Position numbers and translations under genes: made by a program. From an uncultured bacterium (GTDB lineage: Bacteria; T1Sed10-126), in contig CAZVWJ010000012.1 of assembly GCA_964631325.1 (NCBI GenBank), positions 224-64,223 of the forward strand: a DNA stretch of 64,000 nt. The letters run 5' to 3'. Below the pieces are notes generated by a model. It did no database searches, was not told the DNA's origin, and saw only the letters and a program-made list of their open reading frames with translations. Positions 57,013 through 64,000 of this stretch are shown here, piece by piece. Positions within the stretch are counted from its first letter, which is position 1. Each line of letters begins with the position of its first letter.

Positions 57013-57727
57013 TGTTGAGGTGCTGGGTGTTATCCCCGCCCGTTATGGATCAACCCGGTTTCCCGGCAAACCACTGGCCGAAATCAAAGGTCGGCCAATG
57101 ATCTACTGGGTGATTGAGGCGGCTGAACAGGCTGCGGAAATTGATCAGGTTGTAGTGGCTACTGATGACGAACGAATTCTTGAAGCCGTGAAGTCTACCC
57201 CGGCCCGGGGACAGATGACTTCGGCTGATCATACTTCCGGCAGTGACCGGGTGGCGGAAGTCGCTGCTGACTCAGACGCTGAAATAATTGTCAATGTCCA
57301 GGGAGATGAGCCTTTAATTAAGGGAGAACAGTTGGACCGGGGAGTGCGGGGTTTAAAACAAAATCATGGTCTTCCTGTAGCTACTTTTAAAGCTCCCTGC
57401 CCGGAATCTGAGTATGATGACCACGATGTTGTAAAAGTGGTTACTCGCTCCGACGGTCGCGCTCTCTATTTTAGTCGTTCTCTGGTTCCTTTTCCCCGGG
57501 GGGAGATAAAACACGAGGTATATAAACATATTGGTATTTATCTCTACCGGCGCTCCGCCCTGCTTGATTTTGTCAGTAATTCTCCCTCACAGCTTGAAAA
57601 AATTGAGTCGTTGGAACAGCTTCGACTGTTGGAAAATGGTCAGGAAATCCTGGTAATTGATTTACCCGAACCGACCCTCGGGGTGGATCGTCCGGATGAC
57701 ATCCCTCCTGTTGAAGAGCGGCTCTAA
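56981..57727 (+). CDS. kdsB: 3-deoxy-manno-octulosonate cytidylyltransferase (CMP-Kdo synthetase)
   Basis: VIPARYGSTRFPGKPL, NVQGDEPLI, YKHIGIYLYR, LEQLRLLENG align with E. coli KdsB; true start may be internal MSDVEV. Confidence 0.8.
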   Translation: MTGSRQKLMSDVEVLGVIPARYGSTRFPGKPLAEIKGRPMIYWVIEAAEQAAEIDQVVVATDDERILEAVKSTPARGQMTSADHTSGSDRVAEVAADSDAEIIVNVQGDEPLIKGEQLDRGVRGLKQNHGLPVATFKAPCPESEYDDHDVVKVVTRSDGRALYFSRSLVPFPRGEIKHEVYKHIGIYLYRRSALLDFVSNSPSQLEKIESLEQLRLLENGQEILVIDLPEPTLGVDRPDDIPPVEERL

Positions 57728-57731
57728 ATTT

Positions 57732-59372
57732 ATGAATTCTTTCTTTCGTCGTTATCTTTTTCCTTTTGACATAAATGAATTACCTCAGTCTACCGTTGAG
57801 GTGGCGGTGATTGGGTCCGGTGTGGCCGGTCTTCAGGCGGCTCGTAAATTAGCTGATGTGTATTCAGTCCGGGTATTTACCAAGGGCGACCCGCGGGATT
57901 CTAATACCTGGCGGGCCCAGGGGGGTGTTGCTGCTGCACTGAACGAGGACGACAGTCCCCGGCTTCATTATGAGGATACCCTGGAAGCCGGAGCCGGGCT
58001 CTGTGATCAACCGGCCGTTGACTTGCTGGTTAATGAGGCTCGGGAAAAGGTTAGAGATATTGTTCGGGCCGGGAAAGAGTTTCATTACGGCGATAATGGC
58101 CTGGAACTGAGCCGGGAAGGGGGGCACAGTAAAAATCGTGTTGCTCACGCCCGGGGAGATGCAACCGGGGAAGAAATAGAAGAGGTTCTTCTTAAAAAAG
58201 TTAAAGAAAAGCATACCGTTCAGTTCTGTCCTCGGACAATGGTGGTTGATTTTCTCGTTGACGCCGGCCGGGTTTGTGGTTTGCTGGTTTTAGCGGAAGA
58301 CAACCTTGAGGTGGTCTGGACACGGGGAGTTGTTTTGGCTACGGGGGGGCTCGGCCAGCTTTACCGGGAAACTACGAATCATCCCGTGGTTACCGGGGAT
58401 GGCCTTGCTGCGGCTCTCCGGGCGGGTCTTTCGCTGGAAGACCCGGAGTTTATTCAGTTTCATCCGACTGTGCTTTACCTGGCCGGAGCACCGCGGTTTT
58501 TAATTACTGAGGCTCTGCGTGGTGAAGGCGGTCTTCTGCGGGATATCAACGGTGAGCGGTTTATGGACTCGGTTCACCCCCGGGCTGAGCTGGCCCCCCG
58601 GGATATCGTTAGTCGGGCTATCCTGGACCGTATGATTGCCACAGATTCTTCTTACGTTTACCTGGATGTAACTGAATTGTCCCCCCGGAAATTACAACAG
58701 CAATTTCCCACTGTAACTTCTATGTGTGCCCGCTATGATATTGATGTTACCCGCGACTTTATCCCGGTTCGTCCCTGTGAACACTACTCAATGGGAGGAG
58801 TAGAAGCTACTATCCACGGTGAAACAGGACTTGATAATCTTTATTGTGCCGGAGAAGTGGCCTGTACAGGGGTCCACGGGGCCAACCGGTTGGCTTCCAA
58901 TTCCCTCCTTGAAGGACTGGTTGTCGGGGCGGAAGCGGCTGAAAAGATGAAGCAGGGCCTGCCGGAAGTAAAGAAAATAGAATTTTCAGAAACTACGGAA
59001 ATTGATCCCGATTATCAGCTTGACTTTTCAGATATGCGAAAATCATTGCAGAGCTTACTCTGGCGGAATGCCGGTATTCTGAGAGAAAAGGAAAAATTAC
59101 TGCTTGCCCGGAGCCAGATAAATAAATGGTTTTCCATGATTAACCAGGTTTTTCCCACCGACAAAACTGAGCTGGAGACGGTTAATATGGTTTACCTGGG
59201 AGCCGCAGTGATTAAAGCGGCCCTGGCCCGGGAAGAAAGTCGTGGTGCCCATTACCGTAAGGATTTTCCTGAGCCCGAGGAACAGTGGCGTAAGCACACT
59301 ATGCTTTCACTCGGTGAGGAAAGAAATTCGCTGGAAGTGGACTATAAACCGATTGCCACACTTGCTGATTAA
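57732..59372 (+). CDS. nadB: L-aspartate oxidase
   Basis: VAVIGSGVAGL, RAQGGVAAAL, LTREGGHS, ATGGLGQLY, HYSMGGV, GEVACTGVHGANRLASNSLLE align with E. coli NadB; start moved to internal Met after kdsB stop. Confidence 0.65.
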   Translation: MNSFFRRYLFPFDINELPQSTVEVAVIGSGVAGLQAARKLADVYSVRVFTKGDPRDSNTWRAQGGVAAALNEDDSPRLHYEDTLEAGAGLCDQPAVDLLVNEAREKVRDIVRAGKEFHYGDNGLELSREGGHSKNRVAHARGDATGEEIEEVLLKKVKEKHTVQFCPRTMVVDFLVDAGRVCGLLVLAEDNLEVVWTRGVVLATGGLGQLYRETTNHPVVTGDGLAAALRAGLSLEDPEFIQFHPTVLYLAGAPRFLITEALRGEGGLLRDINGERFMDSVHPRAELAPRDIVSRAILDRMIATDSSYVYLDVTELSPRKLQQQFPTVTSMCARYDIDVTRDFIPVRPCEHYSMGGVEATIHGETGLDNLYCAGEVACTGVHGANRLASNSLLEGLVVGAEAAEKMKQGLPEVKKIEFSETTEIDPDYQLDFSDMRKSLQSLLWRNAGILREKEKLLLARSQINKWFSMINQVFPTDKTELETVNMVYLGAAVIKAALAREESRGAHYRKDFPEPEEQWRKHTMLSLGEERNSLEVDYKPIATLAD

Positions 59373-60346
59373 ACTTTTCTCATTTCTTCGGCCAGTTTTA
59401 TGGCATTGTCAATGTTTCTCATTCCCGTGAAGCTTATGTTTATTCCCATGGGAATGGAAATAGAGAGTTCTTCGTTTGTTTTCTGGATTCTGGACCAGAT
59501 GTTCTTGGCGTGATCAATAGAGGCTTCGACCGGGGTGTCGCTTCCAAGAATTTTTTCTTCTACTTCATCCGGTATTTTAACTCCCAGCCAGCGCATAAAA
59601 TTCACATCTTTCTGTTTGGCAATTGGAGCAAAACTCCAGAAGAACATCGGGGGGCTCAGTTTTTCCTGCTGGAGTTCTTCCTCCAGGTCCTTAAGAAGAG
59701 TTACCGTAGACTCCGCTTCCTGCAGAATCTGAGTGGTGAAAAAATCGGTTCCCGCTTTTACTTTGTAAGAGATACGCTGGGGCTCATCGAGTATTTCCAG
59801 CCGTCGCGTGGGAATGCAGATGTTTCCAATTAAATAATCAGTGGCCGGCTGTTTTTCGTTCACTAATTCTGTTTCCCCGTAATTTAATTTCTCCTTGATT
59901 AAGCTGTCTCCTTCCGGCACGGAAAGACCGTCGTATGCATCGGCCTCTTTTTCGCCCCCCACTAACACGAGGTTGTGGATTCCGTACTCGTTTGCCGTTT
60001 CCAGGAACCATTTTTCCTGGTTTCGGGCGGAATCGTGGACAATCACCCGGCAAATTACGTATTCCGTCTCCAGGTGTTCACTGAGTTGATGAGCGTATTC
60101 TCTCGGGGCAACCCGGGGAGCAAAATCGCTTTTTCTCTCCCCCTCGTCGCTTTTAGCCGATTCCTCCCGGACTTCCGGCAGGTTGATTCCGTCCACTTCA
60201 ACTCGCGCAGTCAATTCCTTCAACTTGTTTATTCGCCGGTCAAGTACCTCGGGCTCCGCTCCCTTCTCCGGGGGGATGATCTCAAAGAGCAGAGGTTCTT
60301 CAGAAAATCTCCTTTTAACTTCCTTTATCCGCGGTTCGTTTTGCAA
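59369..60346 (-). CDS. methylenetetrahydrofolate-reductase-family protein (tentative)
   Basis: LFEIIPPEKG...LDRRINKLKEL resembles MetF N-terminal FxxFPP pattern; weak. Confidence 0.4.
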   Translation of the reverse strand: MQNEPRIKEVKRRFSEEPLLFEIIPPEKGAEPEVLDRRINKLKELTARVEVDGINLPEVREESAKSDEGERKSDFAPRVAPREYAHQLSEHLETEYVICRVIVHDSARNQEKWFLETANEYGIHNLVLVGGEKEADAYDGLSVPEGDSLIKEKLNYGETELVNEKQPATDYLIGNICIPTRRLEILDEPQRISYKVKAGTDFFTTQILQEAESTVTLLKDLEEELQQEKLSPPMFFWSFAPIAKQKDVNFMRWLGVKIPDEVEEKILGSDTPVEASIDHAKNIWSRIQKTNEELSISIPMGINISFTGMRNIDNAIKLAEEMRKV

Positions 60347-60652
60347 AATTTACAGCCTCCTTATTAAAGCTGGATAACTACTCACCTAATCTTTTCCCCC
60401 TTGATGGGGGAGGACTAAGGTGGGGGTGAAAAAGGGTTTTGAAAGGCCCTTAAACTCAGCTATTTTGTCGAAAAAGCTGGGTTGTCCCTCTCACCCTGGC
60501 CCTCTCCCACCAGGGGAGAGGGAATAGTGAGTAGTTACAAAATAGGATATTCCGTGTAAAATTACCTGTGTTATTATAAAATTTAAGTCCAGCTTCTGAA
60601 AGAGATTAACGACTGATGGTTTTACAGTTATATTTTCCGGAGGTAATTTTTT

Positions 60653-60997
60653 ATGTATTTGTTATTTGCTACTTCTGCTCATGCAATGGCCGGCGGAGAC
60701 GTTGGTGGAGGAAACAGTATTGTTTCTTACGTGTTGATGATTGGGATTATTTTTGCGATATTTTACTTTCTGGTAATCCGTCCCCAGCAAAAGCAACAGA
60801 AAGAACACCAGAATATGCTCAATCAGTTAGAGAAAGGGAATCGGGTTGTTACTGCCGGCGGTATTCACGGTAAAATAACTTCTGTTCAAGAGGATACAGT
60901 TAAGTTGCAGGTTGCCAAGGATTTTAAACTGACCATGAACAAGTCCTCAATTTCTACGGTCAAAGGAGCCACTTCAGAAGATGTGGAAGGAACTTAA
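60653..60997 (+). CDS. yajC: preprotein translocase subunit YajC
   Basis: single TM then QQKQQKEHQNMLNQLEKGNRVVTAGGIHGKI typical of YajC. Confidence 0.75.
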   Translation: MYLLFATSAHAMAGGDVGGGNSIVSYVLMIGIIFAIFYFLVIRPQQKQQKEHQNMLNQLEKGNRVVTAGGIHGKITSVQEDTVKLQVAKDFKLTMNKSSISTVKGATSEDVEGT

Positions 60998-62129
60998 TTA
61001 TTTGCTGAGGCGACCGCTATCGGTTTTGTTGGTTTGCTTTGTGCTGTCCAGTCTTTTAATGGTGCCAGCTTCGGCCTCTACTTTTCAGGAAGGACTGCAC
61101 AATTATTTTCGTGAAAATTTTGAAAAAGCTCGTCGGAAATTTCAACAGGCGGTTCAGGCAAATCCGAGAAAACCAAAGTATCATTTTTTCCTCGGGAATG
61201 TCTTTAACCGGCTGGATGATGTAAACCAGGCTGAGTTGGCCTATAAAAAGGCGCTGGAACTTGACACTACATATACGACCGCTCGCCGCCGGTTGGCTTT
61301 CCTCTATTTCAACAGCCGGCAGTGGAAGGAAGCAGCCGCTCAGTTCAAACACCTGTTGTCCTCCAATCCGCAAAATTTTGAATATCGCTTCCACTACGGG
61401 GTTGTCCTCTTCAAGCAAGGAAAATACGAGTTGGCCCGCGGGGAACTTCTTCGGGCGCGAGAAATCCGGCCTGAAGCTGCCGAGGCCCATTATTATCTGG
61501 GTCGGATAAGTCTGGACCGGGGACAGAAGTTAAACAGCATCAGTCGATTTGCCCGCGCAATTGAACTTGACCCTTCCACGGGAAAATATTACTTTTACCG
61601 GGGGGTGGCTTACTTTAGGAATGAAGATTACCGGGCCGCACCGGGGGCCCGTTTTAATTCAGCTCAAAATTTTAGGAAGGCAGTTGAACTGGAGTTTAGC
61701 CTCTCCCGATCCCGTTTTATGCTGGGGAATTCTCTGCTGAGCCGGGGGCTTTATTTGCTCCGACAGGAAAAAGCAAAAAACGGAATTGATTTTCTCAAGC
61801 GGTCTGTCCAACAGTTTCGATTTGTTCTCCTCGATGACGCCCGGGCCAGCAATGCTTACCATAATATGGGCATAGCCTACCTGGGGATTGGCAAGCTGGA
61901 GTTGGCCCGCCAGGCTTTTCGTGAAGCTATCGGAATTGAACCTTCGGTAGCTTTTTTTCACGACAGTCTTGGTCTTGCTCATTATCGGCTTGGTAACTTT
62001 AAACAGGCCCTCAGTAGCTGGACGTTTGTTCATGAAATAGACTCTGATTATTCCGGTCATCCATTCAAGAACTTGCTCGGTATAAAACCGCTTGATAAAC
62101 GCCTCCGGGAGGCCCGTATTCGGAATTGA
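60981..62129 (+). CDS. secreted TPR-repeat protein
   Basis: signal-like N-terminus; multiple TPR-like 34-aa units (AELAYKKALELD..., EAHYYLGRISLD...). Confidence 0.6.
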   Translation: MWKELNYLLRRPLSVLLVCFVLSSLLMVPASASTFQEGLHNYFRENFEKARRKFQQAVQANPRKPKYHFFLGNVFNRLDDVNQAELAYKKALELDTTYTTARRRLAFLYFNSRQWKEAAAQFKHLLSSNPQNFEYRFHYGVVLFKQGKYELARGELLRAREIRPEAAEAHYYLGRISLDRGQKLNSISRFARAIELDPSTGKYYFYRGVAYFRNEDYRAAPGARFNSAQNFRKAVELEFSLSRSRFMLGNSLLSRGLYLLRQEKAKNGIDFLKRSVQQFRFVLLDDARASNAYHNMGIAYLGIGKLELARQAFREAIGIEPSVAFFHDSLGLAHYRLGNFKQALSSWTFVHEIDSDYSGHPFKNLLGIKPLDKRLREARIRN

Positions 62130-63382
62130 TTACTCGCCGTTTTGTTGTTTCTTTTTTCGTTGTATTTCTGTTGCTGACTTTGGGGTTTTACTGCACTTTG
62201 AAACCCGTCTATGCCAGCCCACAAGGTTCCCCCTTATTTAACCTCCGTAATCAACCTGCCGGCTCCCCGGAAGATACAGTCCCTCAAGAATTGGAAGAAA
62301 AGGTTTCCTCTGTCTCTTCGGTTTCAGATACTTCTGTTACCGGCGAAACTTTGCCGGCTGATACCGCTTTTCCTTCGGATACGTCCACTATTCCGGCTAT
62401 CTCTGATACAGAAGCAAAAGGTGATACTGCTTCAGTGCCGGGGGTTGAAAAAGCTGATACGCCGGTAGGACATCAGAAACAGCCATCGTCCCAGGCCACC
62501 GGAGATACTCCGGTTACGGGTTCCGAAAAGAAATCACCAGGGGAAATAGCAGCAGAAACAATCAAACCCGATTCACCGGCAAAACTTGAAAAAACGGATC
62601 AGAAAAAAGAAATTTCGCCCGTTCAGGCAGTAGATGAATCAACCCACCCGGTCAAGGAAACAGCCCCTTCCACCACTCTATCTTCCCCCGGAAAATCCGA
62701 CAAGACCACGGCAGATAAACCGGTTCAAAAAGAGGAACCGGCCCCGCCGCCGGTGCGCGAGATAACCGGTGGAGAGACGTCTATAACTGCTCCCCCCTTA
62801 CCCGGGCCGCTCTGGGCTGATTTGGGAGATACCGTTGGGCAATTGGTAACTACCCCGGAAACGTTTAGCTGGCCAAAAGCCGGAGCTGCGGAGACTCTCC
62901 CTCCTGCGCCTGCCGCCAGCCTTGATCAGCCCACGCGAACTTCAAATTTGGGGACCTGGGGCTGGGGAGTTGGTAGTGCTTTTGGTATTGGGATATTTTT
63001 GTTTGGAATTTATCTCTGGCTCAGACTTTCACGCCCCCGGGTTTTTGACTCCTCCTTTGGAAAGAGCAGTTCAAGTTCCACTACAACAGTCTCTTCCCGG
63101 ACCTCGGTGCCGCCGTCTGCTCCTCGAAAAAAGAAGACCAAGCCGGTTCAAAGTTCGGCCAGTCAGGAGTCAGAGACAAAAGAAACTGGCCCCCGGGTAC
63201 CAATCTGGCGGTATCCTGATGAAAAATTGGAAGAGCTGGGAATTGATCCCAAATACAGGGAAGTATTTAAACTTTACTACGGCCGGGATAAATCAATAGA
63301 AGAGATCGCCGGTGAAACGGACTTTGGTGCCGGCGAAGTAGGACTGGTCCTCAATTTAAGCGATTTAATCAGCAAAACTTAA
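62126..63382 (+). CDS. membrane protein with S/T/P-rich low-complexity region, second TM and short C-terminal sigma70-region-4-like segment
   Basis: N-terminal hydrophobic helix, PT-rich stretch, TM WGWGVGSAFGIGIFLFGIYLWL, C-terminal KYREVFKLYYGRDKSIEEIAG. Confidence 0.4.
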   Translation: MITRRFVVSFFVVFLLLTLGFYCTLKPVYASPQGSPLFNLRNQPAGSPEDTVPQELEEKVSSVSSVSDTSVTGETLPADTAFPSDTSTIPAISDTEAKGDTASVPGVEKADTPVGHQKQPSSQATGDTPVTGSEKKSPGEIAAETIKPDSPAKLEKTDQKKEISPVQAVDESTHPVKETAPSTTLSSPGKSDKTTADKPVQKEEPAPPPVREITGGETSITAPPLPGPLWADLGDTVGQLVTTPETFSWPKAGAAETLPPAPAASLDQPTRTSNLGTWGWGVGSAFGIGIFLFGIYLWLRLSRPRVFDSSFGKSSSSSTTTVSSRTSVPPSAPRKKKTKPVQSSASQESETKETGPRVPIWRYPDEKLEELGIDPKYREVFKLYYGRDKSIEEIAGETDFGAGEVGLVLNLSDLISKT

Positions 63383-64000
63383 GACATGTTTTCTCGAAGA
63401 TACCGGGTTGCTTCTTCCGGGGAAGTAGGGTTAATGTAAAAGCCGGTTCCCCATTCAAAACCGGCTACCCGCGTAATTCGTGGGATAATTTCCAGGTGCC
63501 AGTGGTAATCGTTTTCTATCGTGGCGAAATATCCCGGCCGTTCACTTTTTAGATTGGGGTTGGGGGCGGTATTAATCAAGTAATTATATGGCGGGTACTG
63601 TAGAGCTTTGTTTAGCCGGTCCACGGTTGATTGTAAAACTTCTCCAAATTTTTTCCGCAACCGCTCATCAATGTTGGCAAAATCGTGGTTGTGTTTGCGG
63701 GGAAGAATCCATGTTTCAAACGGGAACCGGGCGGCAAACGGGGACCAGACCACGAAATCTCGGTCCTGATAAACTATCCTTTTTTCTTCCTCTGTTTCCT
63801 CGCTGATAATATCACAGAAGATACAGCGCTTTTTATCATAATAGTGTTTCCGGGCTCCATCTAATTGTTCTTTGACCCGCTTCGGGGTTACTGAAAGGGC
63901 TATAATCTGACTGTGGGGATGTCGGAGAGTTGCCCCGGCTTTCTGACCGTGGTTTTTGAAAATAAGTATGTATCGGAACCGGCTGTCTTTGCGTAAATCT
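63379..64000 (-). CDS. galT: galactose-1-phosphate uridylyltransferase (HIT family), 5' end beyond window
   Basis: FETWILPRKH and HWHLEIIPR motifs; reading frame continues without stop to window edge (..KRCIFCDIISEE..). Confidence 0.7.
   Translation of the reverse strand, partial: DLRKDSRFRYILIFKNHGQKAGATLRHPHSQIIALSVTPKRVKEQLDGARKHYYDKKRCIFCDIISEETEEEKRIVYQDRDFVVWSPFAARFPFETWILPRKHNHDFANIDERLRKKFGEVLQSTVDRLNKALQYPPYNYLINTAPNPNLKSERPGYFATIENDYHWHLEIIPRITRVAGFEWGTGFYINPTSPEEATRYLRENMS

Overview
This 64-kb window looks bacterial and diderm-like (KdsB, ADP-heptose enzymes, YajC, complex-I genes). GC content is mosaic. The left ~29 kb is an accessory, defense-island-like region almost entirely on the minus strand. 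It holds a tightly packed run of large genes: a PLD+SNF2 helicase, two AlbA_2/Schlafen-like paralogs plus a 3' fragment of a third, a PglX/Type-IIG-like N6-adenine methyltransferase with an internal acidic tandem repeat, a small TM protein, an Mrr-like nuclease fused to TPR repeats, a 1481-aa orphan protein and a KAP (PifA-like) P-loop NTPase. Further right come a K+ channel pair with a soluble RCK protein, a small toxin-antitoxin-like pair and an HTH protein. The island is stitched together by several families of dispersed stem-loop-containing intergenic repeats. No integrase, transposase, tRNA, rRNA or CRISPR array is visible. The right ~35 kb is mostly housekeeping or metabolic: sbcCD, panD, three paralogous carbamoyltransferases with carbamate kinase and a threonine-synthase-family PLP enzyme, a nuoACDHJKLMN cluster, a GlpA-like/DUF1667 oxidoreductase triad, a HEPN/MNT toxin-antitoxin pair, hldA/hldC/kdsB/nadB, an MTHFR-like gene, yajC, a TPR protein and a partial galT. 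Within that housekeeping stretch, the nuo cluster lacks nuoB/I/EFG and has a NuoD missing the quinone-site His/Tyr, an endonuclease V is fused to a CCA-type nucleotidyltransferase, and a ~415-bp structured element is bounded by 13-bp inverted repeats. The most likely candidate for a previously undescribed system is the KAP-NTPase / Mrr-TPR / giant-protein operon, translationally coupled to the PglX-like MTase and lying downstream of the PLD-SNF2 helicase.
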